A stretch of DNA of 64,000 bases from the human T2T-CHM13v2.0 reference genome, Homo sapiens. Of this stretch, positions 1 through 14,205 are shown one piece after another. The stretch lies in the NCBI RefSeq assembly GCF_009914755.1, contig NC_060932.1; one strand, 5' to 3'. Numbering within the stretch: the stretch's first letter is position 1; every line of letters begins with the position of its first letter. The translations under genes were made by a program, and so were the position numbers. The notes below the pieces were generated by a model that saw only the letters and a list, made by a program, of their open reading frames with translations, was not told the DNA's origin and made no database searches.

Positions 1-29
1 CAGCAGATAGGAGGAGATTTAGAGCCCAG

Positions 30-1203
<1,174 letters not shown>

Positions 1204-1214
1204 AATTATTTTTT

Positions 1215-2010
1215 TTTAGAAAAAGTTGGCAAATAGCTCATACAAGCGCTCCATAAGGATATTGAATTGGTTACTATACAAGTGTGCTGACCCTCATGAG
1301 TTATCCAGAAAATGCGTATTAAAATTACAAAACAGTATCACTACACAGAATGGCTAAATTTTTAAATTGAAGGTACAAAGTGTCGACAAAGATGTGAAGT
1401 AACTGGCAATACACTGGTAAGAGTGAGTTGACACAGCCATGCTGAAGATCCATCCACCCGTGTTTCCCAACACCACGCCTGCCAGCATTTATGACCTGTT
1501 AATTTGCTCATTGATATATACCCAACATAAATGTGTTTATTTACCAAAAGGTGTGTATGAAGCTTTATAGCAGTTCTACTCATAATAGGCAAAAAAAATT
1601 AGAACCAATTACATTGTCCCTCAACAGTAGAATGGAGAGATAAATCTCCATGGTGTCATACGGGGGGAGGGGTAATAGAGAAATTAAAGTAAGGGAGTGC
1701 TGTTCCCTGCAACCGCAGGGATGATCCACAGACACAATGTAGAGAGAAGGGAGCCGGACACACAGGAGTGCATTGTACCCAACTCCAGTCAGGCAGAACT
1801 CATCTCTGTGTCAGGGTTAGAATAGCAGAGACCTTTGGAAGGTGGTCACAGGCAGGGAAGGGAGCCTTCTGTGGTGCCAGTGATGTTCTGTTTCCTGACC
1901 CAGTTGATGGTTAGCTGGGGGACCTCACTCAGTAAAATCTCTGTAAAATCTCATCAAGTGTGTTCCCTTATGATACGTGCACTTCTCTGAATGTGTATTC
2001 TACTTAAAGT
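1215..2010 (+). mobile_element. L1ME-like 3' end, continuation of the upstream L1
   Basis: Decayed L1 3' motifs: aatgcgtattaaaattacaaaacagtatcactacac, agctttatagcagttctactcataatagg, cttatgatacgtgcacttctctgaatgtgtattctact. Confidence 0.7.
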
Positions 2011-2089
2011 GCTAAACAGTGCTGTGAAATGATCAGCAGTGGAATTCGAACCATGTGCTGTTGATGCCACATGAAGGCAGCCACTGCCA

Positions 2090-2460
2090 GGAGAGTTCTG
2101 AGTTCAGATCTCAGCTCGGCAGTTTCCTAGCCCAAAACAGCGGGAAGATATTTCAGCTTCCTCCACTTCAGTGGTTGCATCTTTGAGCCTCACTACGGGA
2201 ATGTTTGAGGTTTAATAGACAACCTAATTCCTGTACCTAATTCAACACCTGGTGTATGGTCAACCTGCTAAAAAAGAAAATTGTGGTGGTGGGTGTCAGT
2301 TAAGAGAGTGGGCTCTGGGGTCAGGCTTGGGTTTGAGTTCAAGTTCTGCCACAAGAAGCGGCTTCACATTCTTTCTCTGTTTCTCCATCTATAAAATGAG
2401 TCTAATGCAGTGAGAAATAGGTGAGTTGTGACTTAGAAGGCACAGAGAACGTGGCTTCTT
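2090..2460 (+). mobile_element. MIR fragments (about two)
   Basis: gttaagagagtgggctctggggtcagg...gagttcaagttctgccac...tctctgtttctccatctataaaatgag resembles the MIR core. Confidence 0.6.
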
Positions 2461-2622
2461 CATGTTTCTAATCCTTATAATTACTATTATGATGTCATGG
2501 AGCTTAAGGAAGGGAAATTCCTGCAGGTGGGAAGCTTTGGAAGGATTCTGAGAGAAGGTGGGACTTCAGGTGCCCTTTCAGGAATAAATGAGGTTCGGGG
2601 CCAATGAATTCAGGTGAACTGA

Positions 2623-2929
<307 letters not shown>

Positions 2930-4204
2930 GGGGGGTTCCCGTTCTTTCCCCCCTCCCCATTACTTAAATAGGATTCATTATCAGGAAATTCAAAGACTCA
3001 CAGAGCCCAGCCCTGATTGACCTCTTCCAACTTTCCAAGGAGGAAACTGTTGCCCAAAGGGGTCAGGGGGCCTTTTGAGGTTCCACGTGGGCCTGAGATG
3101 AACCCGGCTCAGGTCACTTCTCAGCTCCCCAAGTACCCAAGCATGCCCTGAACTCTTACTCCCAGCCTGTCCAGAAACTGTGGCAAGAAGAATCCTGGTC
3201 CCTTCATCAGATGTGAACGTCCCATAGATGGACACTATCCTCATCACTAAGTGCAGCACCCAACTACGAGGCAGCTGTGCTGGGTGGGTGTGCATGCAGA
3301 GAAAAGGACAATCCTGAAGCATTTAAGGCCTGGAGAATGCATCTCCTTAAATTGAAAACGTTGATCCTCACCAGCCTTCCCCAGACTCCTCTTTTTCATC
3401 TAACTTTTCAGCAGCCAGTACAGGAGCTAATGGGCTTTTACCACTTTTAAACTCAACATACTAATTATAGTTCAAAGAACCACGTGCAGATTCAAGCATT
3501 TTTCCCTTACCACATTTCCTGATCTTTATGAAGCACTAATTAAAAACTTTTTTTTCTGTTGTTGCTTCTCTGACAGTTTTGCCAATTTGCAAGCTGACAT
3601 GCGGAGCTAATTAGAAGAAAAGGCCATCGGCAGATCCCCACTGTCGGGGGCTGGGGCTCAGGAATGCAGGGGGGCGCACCTCTGAGAAATGTGACGGAGC
3701 AGAGATAAATCAGCCCTTCCAAGAAGACTCAATCAACCTTTACGCATGCCTGCTTTTTGCCTGGCAAGGTGCTAGGCTTTAGACAGAGAACTAGACTGAT
3801 GTGGACCCTGCCCTAACAAAGCTTAGGTTCCAGTCTCACCCCAGCCTAGCTGGGCCCCAAGCTCACCCTTAGATATGCAGTTTTACATTAGGGCAAACGG
3901 GGGCTCTTTGAGGCTAGGGTACTCTCACCCCTGCTTCACTGACTCCTCACTGCAGCCTCCAAACTGGTTACCAACTCCCTCACTTCACACATGAAGGACC
4001 AAAGCACAGAGAGTTCATGTGACAGTCGAAGGTTTCACGGCCACCAAGAGCAGACATAGGAATCGATTCTATGCCCAAATGCAGGCCAAACTCTTTCTAG
4101 AATGCAAAGCTGAATAAAGTCACAGGGCCAGGAAATGGGGTGGGGTCATCACAGGAATCCCAGCTGTGGTTCCTTCTACTCCAAGACTCTGTTCTCTCTC
4201 TATG

Positions 4205-4960
4205 TAGGTGAGATGATAGATGCACATATTGATAGAAATAGATACATACAGAGAGATACATGCAGATAGATACATACAGTAGATACATGCAGATAGATAC
4301 ATGCAAAGAGATACATGCAGATAGATACATACAGTAGATACATGTAGATAGCTACATGCAGAGAGATACATGCAGATAGATACATACAGAGAGATACATG
4401 CAGATAGATACATGCAAAGAGATACATGCAGATAGATACATACAGTAGATTCATGCAGATAGATACATGCAGATAGATACATGCAGATACAGTAGATACA
4501 TGCAGAGAGATACATACAGAGAGATACATGCAGAGAGATACATGCAGATACAGTAGATACATGCAGAGATACATACAGAGATACATGCAGAGAGATACAC
4601 ACAGAGAGATACACGCAGAGAGATACATGCAGATACAGTAGGTACATGCAGAGAGCTATAAGTAGATAGATACATACAGATAGATACATGCAGAGAGATA
4701 CATGCAGAGAGCTATAAGCAGATAGATGCATGCAGATAGATAAATGCAGAGAGATATGTGGCAATAGATACATGCAGAGAGATACATACAGAGAGATAAA
4801 TCCAGAGAGATACATAGATACAGGCAGATAGATACGTACAGAGAGATACGGGCAAATAGATACATGCAGATAGTGGGATAGATAGATGGATACAGACAGA
4901 TAATATAAATAGATGATAGAAGTATAAACAGACAGACAGATGGATATAGATATATCCTAT
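4205..4960. repeat. Complex (AGATAC/ATGC/AGAG)-type tandem repeat
   Basis: Reiterated agatagatacatgc / agagagatacatac units; source of the MYLSACISL ORFs. Confidence 0.95.
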
Positions 4961-5829
4961 CACTCTATTAAGAGATTGATTCCAAATACAATACAAGAAA
5001 AGAAGACTGAAGAATGTAATCCAACCCTGTAGTGAGCATTTCTGCCCACATATTTGGCCCCAGCGTCACCCTGAGGGACTAGACTTCAGGGCTGCTGGTG
5101 AGAATTCACAGCCCCTAAACATCCCCCTTCCCACTGAGCCTGAAGCCTGGCATTCTGCCTTTCCTCACATCCTCTTCTGTGCCTTTTCCCTGGAAGTACA
5201 ACCTCCCGTTTTCAATCACCCACATCCCATGGGTTTCCTCTGGTTCTGCATCCTGGGACCCACAGTCAGGGAGGAAGGTCTTAGAGACCCCAAGGGCTGT
5301 GGAGACAACAGCAACCTTCATTTGCGTGAGTCCAGCTGTGCCCAGTCCCCGTGGAGAGCTCCTGGAAATGCAGGTGCAGTGCAGCCCTGGCCTCTGAGTG
5401 ACTTCAAGGAAGAAGCACGTTCCCAGAGAAACCATGATCCTGGATTGTGTTGAGTGGGAGTCCTGGCAGAGGGGAGCCTGATATGGCTCATGGGGGGCCT
5501 CCAGGATGAGAGGGCAGCAACCCTGAGTAAGTGAGGGGAGTGAAGGCTCTCTGGGCAGAGGAGCCAACAGTGGGACAAGGCCAACAGGTAGCAGAGAGCA
5601 GAGGGTGTCTGGGAGCGAGGCTTCTCCAGGCGCAGGTGCAGCTGGGAGAGATGAGGCTGGGTGGGGGAAGGGCCTTGGGTCAAGGTCTGCAACGGGGCAT
5701 TGTCCTGAAAGTGGTGGGAAACACTGATGACATTGAAATGAGGCTATAGCGGAAGCTGATTTGTGACTTAAAGACTGCTCTGGCTTTTGTGTGGGGTGCT
5801 GAGGCTGGAAAGGCGCTGTCACTATCACC

Positions 5830-6060
5830 TAGGCGGGGCTGGTGGTCTCACCGTGGTGGGAGCAGGGAGCTAGAGCCCAAGGACTGAATTCCATAAGCAG
5901 TTCAGAGGCAGACGGGACAGAATTTAGTGAGGGGTTGGCATGGGGATGATGGAGGAGAAAGAGCCTCAGGTTTCTGGTTTGGGCAGCTGTGTGGCGGGAG
6001 GGGCGAGACTGGGAATTTAAGAAAGAGTGGGGATCATGAGTGTTGGGAGGAAGAGAAAAT
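5830..6060 (-). mobile_element. Probable L2 fragment
   Basis: ggggatgatggaggagaaagagcctcaggtttctggtttgggcagctg resembles the L2 3' region. Confidence 0.45.
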
Positions 6061-6889
6061 GGCCTGAAGCCTGGGTGTGCAGTGCTGGTACCCAGGTGAG
6101 TGGTGTAGGGATGCTTTCGGTCCATGCCACTTGGCCTCCCTGCTCCCTTCCAATCCTCCAGACTGAGGCTAATGTTGTCACTTTGGGCACTGCCTCCTGG
6201 TGCAGGGAAAAGGGTTCTCAGGGGACCCATCCACGCCCTTTTGTTTAGGAAAACAGCTGGGCTTTTTGTGATTGGAATTGGAGTTCATGCTGAGTCCCCA
6301 CCTTCATTGCAATTCCCGGGTGGGATCTGTGCAGGCCCGTCTGGGAAGAGATTGGCTTGAATGATATTTGCTGTTATTAGGACCAGGGACCCAAGAATGC
6401 CCGAATCCTCAACTGAATCCATGCTGTCTCCTCCACTCATGGCCCCAGCAAGATTCTGAAGGAAGGCATCTCTGTAAAACAGGAAATCACTGGCAGTCAG
6501 CTGTTCTTGATCCACAAAAATGGCAACTTCAGAGAGTTCAATCAACACAAAGAATCAAAATACTACTTTAAAATCGTCTGAGACCACTGCAGTTCACTCT
6601 GCTGCAGGCAGGTAGAGACCATCACACAGGGCCCAGTGCTGGATCAGGACAGCTCCTCCACTGAGCCTCTGGGCCTCACGCCTCTCTATCCAGCTGCACG
6701 GCACCACCGGCCTTCAAGGAGCTGGTCAGGTGACAGCCCAGGTAACACAGGCCTGACCCAGCTCTAGGAAGGGGACCTTTAGCAATATTTTTGTGGGAAG
6801 GAGAAAGAGGAAGTTGTAAGACGATGATGGAGGTGAAGAGAACTTTCCCCCTTAGAGTCACCCTGTTATTGATGTCAAGATGCTGAACA

Positions 6890-7233
<344 letters not shown>

Positions 7234-7252
7234 TCAGAACTGAGCACCAGAG

Positions 7253-7263
7253 CACACACATGT

Positions 7264-7298
<35 letters not shown>
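7253..7298. repeat. (CA)n microsatellite
   Basis: Direct CA run. Confidence 0.95.
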
Positions 7299-7301
<3 letters not shown>

Positions 7302-8395
7302 GAGAGGAGGCCATTGGGTGAGACCTTGGTGACAGCCACTTCTGGTGCAGGAGCCCCATCGCAGGTTAGCTCCTCCTGTCTGAGTTAGTTTGGGTCCATC
7401 AAGAAGCAGTGCAAAGTGGGGCTGGATGTATAGGTCGTGTGCTACAGGCACATCTGTGGAGGATTAAGCAGAGGAGCTAAAGGAGGTGAAGGCAGGGAGT
7501 GCCTCCCACTCTCCTTCAAAGGCAAACAGCTTTGAAGACAAAGGGGGATGAGGGCAGGTTGATGCCGCGGTGCACAGGAGGTGGGGGCCCAGAAGGTGGT
7601 TGTGAGTCCATTGGCCAATTATGCTGAGCACTCTTGCACTCGATGAAAACTGATTATTTTGTGGTGACTGTGAGACCCTGAATAAACCTACTCCCCTGAG
7701 GCTCACAATCCACACGAAGCCTGAGCCTTCCCAGGGTTCCTCCAGCCAGCCATACTGACCCCTGTCTCTGCCTTATTCCTTGCTGACCTTGGGAGAAACA
7801 AGGCAGTGGGGATGGAGGAAGGGGATGGGAGAAACATGTCCTGTAGATGGTGACTGAGGTCACACAAGGGGATAAGGGCAAGTAGGCGGAGCTGGGTTCA
7901 AATATTGTCATGTGCTGTGCACGCCCATGCTCTGAGCTTCCCTGAGCCACACTGGAACAATGACCATCCTGGGACCCACCTGTCAGGGTGTCCATGGAGG
8001 TATCTGAGATGACTGAGGAGAACTGACTAGCAACATGCCTGGCATGCTTTGGGCTCTGTGTAAAGACCCAACCTCCTCTCTCTCCCATCCCCCTTTCCTC
8101 CAGATGCCATCCTCCTCAGTACTGATGGGATCCAATACAGAATGTGATGTTTATGATTTAATGGATGACAAAATACCAAGTAAATATCTAGGCCGATGTA
8201 GTCAAATGCCAAACCGTAAATCGCGTGTTCAGGCACCTCCTCCAGGTTCATGAGTGTAATCCTGGCTGGAAGCAAAGTCACTTTCAGCACCGCAGACAGC
8301 ATCCTGGGCACTGAGGGAGTCTGTAGCTCCCTTGGCTGAATGAAGCCATCAACACAGGGTATTTACCTTTTTCTTGGGGCCACTGGACAATATGG

Positions 8396-9834
8396 TTTTT
8401 TTTGGAGGGTATAAAAAATTATTACACATAAAGAATATTACCACTAACAAATGCAGACAGGCTAGGACACCATGGTACAAGGTGGAGGATGACTAGCTCT
8501 TTGGAAAGTGAAAGGTTTGGGCGGCATGGGCCTCATGCCATGCTGATTGGTCAGTAGACGGGAGGGCACGTGCCGAACACCACAGGGCATCAGGGCAGCA
8601 GGTGCCTGCTCTGTGTGCTCACAGTGTTCCCTGTCTCACCTGGAACACCCAGGTGAGTAACTGAAGCAAAGCGGCTTCCTAAGGTGCCCCTTCCAGGCTT
8701 GTCTCTGAAGTCACAGCAATGTCATTTTAAGCAATATGTTTAATTGGATGATTTCCACAGCTATCCACGAAATTTCTAACCATCACAATTCAGTGAAGAA
8801 AAGAACATTAAGTTACAGGCTGTGGGAAGAGGAGGCAGCACCCTCTAATCCTGGAGGTTCTCGGGGCAGGGAGAGGGAAAGGTCTTTTGTTTAAACCAAG
8901 CCCCTCATCTCAGTGCACAAAAGAATTACTCTGTTCGATATTAGATTGTATTGAAAACAAAAAGGACTAAAAAGCAAATACTATTCTATGTTGGGGTGGA
9001 AGTGGGAGGGAAGAATGAGTCTTCAAAGCAGGAGGGGAGACAGCAGGGCGAAGGTTCTGTGCCTGTGACCCTGGGTGGTCATTCACACGGCTCCATTTTT
9101 ACTTTTGGTTGTCTCAGGAAGGTCTGGTTTTTATTCTCTTTCTTCCCCTTTGTATTGGCTTGGAAGTTTCGCCAGCTGTCCACATGACCATCACGACTTT
9201 CTTCAAAGTTTTTCTGCCGCTTTCTTTCTCATTTGGCTTTTTCTTGAGCTTCAGTGTCTTCTTCCCTTTGTCGTTTCCTTTCATGCATCTCTTTGGCTTC
9301 TTTCTCTTTCCTTTTAATTTCCTGCTCAGCAAAGCGTTTCATTGTCTGTATACATACAGCTTGTTTGAACAGCTCAGAATCAGCCTCTGCTAAACTCGTA
9401 GGTTCTCCTTCCTTCTTTAATTGTTTTTTTCACTCTTTCACACTGCGTTCCACGTATTCCTTTCCTGCCTGAATTACATCCAGGACCTTCTTCTTTTGCT
9501 CCTGATCCAGTAGCAACTTGCAAGCTTTGTCCACAGCTTCAAAAGCTGTTTGTGCTGTTAGCATCATCTCGAATTTTGTCAGGATGCACCAATATGGATA
9601 ACTGCTAAAGCCTCTTTTTTATATTCTCATCTGTAACTTCAGGATCTATCTGAAGAACCTCAGACGGGTTCAAATTGAAGTAAGAGGAACCAGGACGTTC
9701 GGCCTTCCAATCCGATTTTTGGATGTTAGAACCAAGTCTCTCTTCTCTATTTGTTTCACCTCACTGTCGAAGGTCATAAATGCTTCCTCTGTGCTGCCAT
9801 GGGATCCTGCTCTCTCCTGAAGCTGCCATTTCCA
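8396..9834 (-). pseudogene. DNAJC8P3: Processed pseudogene of DNAJC8 (J-domain protein). CDS remnant 9829->9079 plus ~680-nt 3'UTR and poly(A) remnant
   Basis: Minus strand translates piecewise as MAASGES...STEEAFMTFDSEVKQIEKRDLVLTSKN...SSYFNLNP.EVLQIDPEVTDE.IKKR..QLSILVHPDK...AFEAVDKA.KLLLDQEQKK...FEESRDG.VDSWRNFQANTKGKKE.KN.TFLR.PKVKME, matching DNAJC8. Intronless; stops at 9605-9607, 9430-9432 and 9229-9231; frameshifts; T8 tail at 8396-8403; TSD core gacaatat at 8386-8393 and 9835-9842. Parent gene is secure; the P3 number is from recall and less certain. Confidence 0.93.
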
Positions 9835-9914
9835 GACAATATCTTGCCTCTGTCCCCTGCATTGTCAAATTTCCCCACTTTATGGGATTATAAAATTCTG
9901 CTGTAAATATCTTT

Positions 9915-10055
9915 CATACATACGAAATGTGTATGTCTTCTTGCATATATATATATACACACACATGCATAAGTGTGTGTACACGAAATATGTATAAATA
10001 CTTTCCGTGTATGTGGGTGCATGTGTGTGTGGGTGTGGGTGTGTGTGCACACATA
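9915..10055. repeat. (TA)n/(TG)n low-complexity repeat
   Basis: catatatatatatacacacacatgcat...gtgtgtgtgggtgtgggtgtgtgtgcac. Confidence 0.85.
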
Positions 10056-10129
10056 AACTTACCCGCATTCCTCGAAGCAACTGTCCTTCCCTCTCCTCCC
10101 CTTTATAGAAGACCTCTCCAGCACATCAT

Positions 10130-11485
10130 CTGTCCATGAGGCTTCCCCTTCTTCTGTCAACACCTTCATTGCTCCGGTCAGAGTGTTCCTGTATCTGACC
10201 TCAGCAGCGCTTGTCAGCAGCCATTTCTCAACTCTTATTTAACTCAACGTGTTATCCATATTTGGCCAGAGGCCCCTTGCCGTGTCTCCGAAGCATTCCT
10301 CCTGGACGCCCCATGCTCCTGGTTCTCCCTCACCCCCAGGCCCTCCTTCTCAGTGTCCAGAGGCCCCTTGCCACGTCTCTGAAGCATTCCTCCCAGACGC
10401 GCCAGCTCCCGGTTCTCCTCCATCCCCCAAGCCCTCCTTCTCAGTGTCCTTTGCTGCGGTTCCTCAGTATTCCAACTTCCAGAGCCTGGAGTTCTCCTGG
10501 GATGTGATGTCCAGCCAGGCTTTTTCTCTAAATTCTCTTCCCAAGTAAAATAATTGTCTCAGCCTGAATTCTTTTCTAAACCCCACATTTATATATCCAA
10601 TGTCTAACCAAAACAGCACTTAGATGTCTAAAGACCCCCCCCAAATGCAATGTGGCCAAAACCAAACATTCCTCCCTTCCCCAAATTAGCCTGCTCTTCC
10701 CCATCTTCATACAGCACAATTCTTTTCCACATGTTCTCACGTTAAAAACCTGGAGATATTCTTAACTCCTCTCTTCATATCACACCAGTTATATCCAATT
10801 CAAAGGAAAACCCATGACCTCTACTTTCAAAACATATTTAAGTGTCCGGACACTTCCCATTACCTCCATGCTAACACGTTTGTCCAAACGCACCTGCATT
10901 TCACCGGCATTGTCGTGCTCTCTCTCCTGTGTTCTCTCGCTTCCTTTCTCTGTCTCTCAGTCTCTTGCCCTCCTTTTTTGTATGTCTTCCCTTTTCTCTC
11001 TGTCATTCTGACTTTCCCACCTCTCCAGACTATTTTCAACACAGCATCCAGGATGGTCTTATGAAAGCACAGTTATGTCACTCTCACACCCTCCAAGGGT
11101 CCCGCCCCACCTAGAACATAGCCCAACTCTTCACGAGGGCCTAGAAAGGCCTGCGTGATGTGAAACACCACCCCCGCACAGTCTCTTCAGCATGCTGCCC
11201 CCCACCCCTGTGGCTCACTCCTCCCAGCCACAGCCCACCAGGGCCTCCTCCCTGTGGCCCTCACACTTCCTCCTGGCCTTTTGGCTTGTAGTTGTTAGAC
11301 GGAGAACAGCACTTCCACAATCATTCTCTTTGTCTTACGGCACTTGTCACCATTTGACATGTTCTCTATTTATTGTCTGCTCTTCCTGTTGAACTCAGGC
11401 TCAGAGAGAGCAAAGACTCTGTCTTGTTGACTATTCCATCTTTAGCTCTAAAAGCAGTGCTTGGCCCATAACACTTGTTGAGAGA
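10130..11485 (+). mobile_element. Fragmented L2 element including the 3' end
   Basis: Pyrimidine-rich L2 motifs; ends tttattgtctgctcttcctgttgaactcaggctcagagagagcaaagactctgtcttgttgact...agcagtgcttggcccataac. Confidence 0.7.
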
Positions 11486-11584
11486 AAGAAAGAAAGGAAG
11501 GAGAGAGTGCAGCAGAGGGACAGAGGAAGAACGGATGAGAAAACAGGCATCCTAACATTTGGTAATGAAGCCTGGGACGCTGGG

Positions 11585-12182
11585 GATTCTCCTAACTCAT
11601 CTCACACCCCTCAGCACTTGCCCACAGTCTGCAGGGCAGACCGAGACTCTCCTAACTCGTCTCACACCCCTCGGCACTTGCCCACAGTCTGCAGGGCAGA
11701 CCGAGACTCTCCTAACTCGTCTCACACCCCTCGGCACTTGCCCACAGTCTGCAGGGCAGACCGAGACTCTCCTAACTCGTCTCACACCCCTCGGCACTTG
11801 CCCACAGTCTGCAGGGCAGACCGAGACTCTCCTAACTCGTCTCACACCCCTCGGCACTTGCCCACAGTCTGCAGGGCAGACCGAGACTCTCCTAACTCGT
11901 CTCACACCCCTCGGCACTTGCCCACAGTCTGCAGGGCAGACCGAGACTCTCCTAACTCGTCTCACACCCCTCGGCACTTGCCCACAGTCTGCAGGGCAGA
12001 CCGAGACTCTCCTAACTCGTCTCACACCCCTCGGCACTTGCCCACAGTCTGCAGGGCAGACCGAGACTCTCCTAACTCATCTCACACCCCTCGGCACTTG
12101 CCCACAGTCTGCAGGGCAGACCGAGACTCTCCTAACTCGTCTCACACCCCTCGGCACTTGCCCACAGTCTGCCGGGCAGACC
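11585..12182. repeat. VNTR, 60-bp unit, ~10 near-identical copies
   Basis: ccgagactctcctaactcgtctcacacccctcggcacttgcccacagtctgcagggcaga repeats exactly line by line. Confidence 0.99.
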
Positions 12183-12739
12183 CCCTTGGGAAGTGATCAC
12201 TCAGTGACTGAGTCGTCAAAGGAAGAAAGGAATGAGTGAATAAATGAATGATCCAAGCAGCACAGGACTGGGAGGGGGTCTAGCTTAGGTCTCTCCAGGG
12301 GCCAAGCACTCCCTGGGCTTCATGGAGCACAGCCCTGCCTGCATGAACATGCCATGGATCCCATTTCCAGCAAAGTGGCCTTTTATGCTTCCCAGACCCT
12401 GAGCCACAGACCCCGAGGTGGCTCCTCCTGTCTGGGAGCAGCATCTGCGCAGATCTGAATCCATGGGCACAACTGGCAGGGCTGGGACAGGAAGAAGGGA
12501 GCTGGCCTGAATTCTGACTTCCCACAGACAGTGTTCCATTCGGCTGGACAGATCTTCCCCTGGGGTGGAAAGAGCCTCTCTCTGGAACAGAGGTGGTCTC
12601 TGGGATTTCACCATTGCTTTCCAGAGTGGAATCACGGCAGGGGGCAGGGGCCATTATACCCCTCAGTAGAATGCCTAGAAGCACCCAGGCTGTGAGAAGC
12701 CACAGCAGGGGCCTTTGTTTCTGAGCTCTGAGTGCCTGT

Positions 12740-13420
12740 TTATGGCCAATGGGGTGTCATTTATTGACATTGTTACACAAGAAGCCACTGTCTTCAGAAA
12801 GGGGATCACCCCAGGATTCTTGCCAGCCAGGAGAGCTCTAATTTAATTATCGGCTGCACAAGAACTTGATGGCTGTGTTAGTTTTATCAGCGTGTATGTC
12901 CATACATATGTACGTATACGGACACGCACATATTCTTTCTAAGTGATTGTAAATAATGAATAAACTGATAAACTGACACATCATAATTCAGACCTCGAAA
13001 TGCAATCAGATGCTTATCAGGGAGTGCAATTGCGTCTGCAATGAGTGGATGTGGAGCAGAAGACTCATGGCGGCTGCACCTGCTTCCCCCTCAGTGTCCA
13101 CCCCAAGCTCTTCAAAGCCCCACCATGGCGATGCACTTCGTCACCATTAATTGTGTGCGAGATATTTATGAGTTTGGTTGTCTGTTAACAACTTGGCCCT
13201 GCAGCAATTACTATTTATATTTGCAGTCCCAGCACTGATAATGGGCGGCTAACAGGCTTGGTTAATTGGTTTTCCACCCCTCACCCTCTTACTGTATCTT
13301 TCCTGACCAGTGGAGGCGTCTTTCCCAGGGAATCTCATAATGGCCTTTTCATGTGTTGGTGATTTTAATTACCTTTTTATTGCTAGGCAAATCTCCCTTC
13401 ATTTAATCTGCCAGCCAGAA
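12740..13420. promoter_or_regulatory. Candidate enhancer / conserved non-coding island
   Basis: Non-repetitive AT-rich island in GC-rich DNA, dense in TAAT/TAATTA, GATA (tgataa, ttatca) and FOX (gtaaata) motifs. Confidence 0.45.
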
Positions 13421-13689
13421 GAGAGGGCAACATAACCAGCAAACATGGAGACAGAGGAGTGGGAAAGGATTGAGGCTGTAGCACAGGCCCTAGGCCAGCG
13501 CACTCAGGTGTGCAGGAAGGCAGCCTGGTTCAAGCTGAAATAAGGGGTATCCTCCTGTGGACACGTTCTTCTGAGTGTGGCCATTTGGAAGATGGGGCTC
13601 CCTGGCGCTGGGAGGAAGGCAGAGCAGGGAGCAGGGACTTTTGGGTGCTGCTGTGCCAGGGGCACTGAAATAGAATTTCACTCACAGTG

Positions 13690-13830
13690 GTTTATTTACT
13701 TCTCTGGAGGTGGCATCTAGGAAGGGAAACTGAGGTTCAGAGAAAGAAGGTGATAGTTGTGGCCAGAATGTGGCCAGGTGTGGCTCAGTGCCCACATGTG
13801 TGTGTTCCAGAACCACATCCACAGGAGAAC
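13690..13830 (-). mobile_element. MIR
   Basis: gggaaactgaggttcagagaaagaaggtgatagttgtggccag. Confidence 0.6.
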
Positions 13831-14205
13831 CTGTTCGCACCACACTGCTTTGACTTCCTTGCGTGAGACAGGGGCTGCAGCTCCCATCGCCACAGGGAAT
13901 CCTAGTAGAAAGGACCTGGTTTCCTGGTAGACTGAGAGCTAGCCAGGCCTCTGACCAGTGTTGCTCTGGATGGGAAAGAGGAGGGAAGAAGCCTTCTCTC
14001 CCACATCCCCCTGCCCCCAGCCAGGGTGTTCTGGGCAATGGGAGAGCCAATGTCTCCAGCAGGCAGGGCCGTGTCACTCCGGCTCAGGCTGCCTCAGGCC
14101 CCTGCTTGACTCAGGAGGGGCTTATTGATGGAATCCAGTGGGATTGTCAGGTTTTGTGCTAGGATGTGACATTCCACTCTGGCCTCCTTTGTTACATCAT
14201 GGATC

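Noticed and set aside
4097-4996. Hydrophobic Cys/Tyr-rich ORFs resembling membrane proteins
   Set aside because: Translations of a simple repeat
9114-9332. 72-aa Lys-rich ORF as a real gene
   Set aside because: Out-of-frame reading of the DNAJC8 pseudogene
11585-12182. CRISPR-like array (also considered for the 20-mer at 23380-25960)
   Set aside because: Units are head-to-tail with no unique spacers, there are no cas genes, and the context is eukaryotic
11507-12239. 229-aa and 226-aa ORFs with 20-aa repeats
   Set aside because: They result from a stop-free 60-bp VNTR unit; no domain, promoter or splice context
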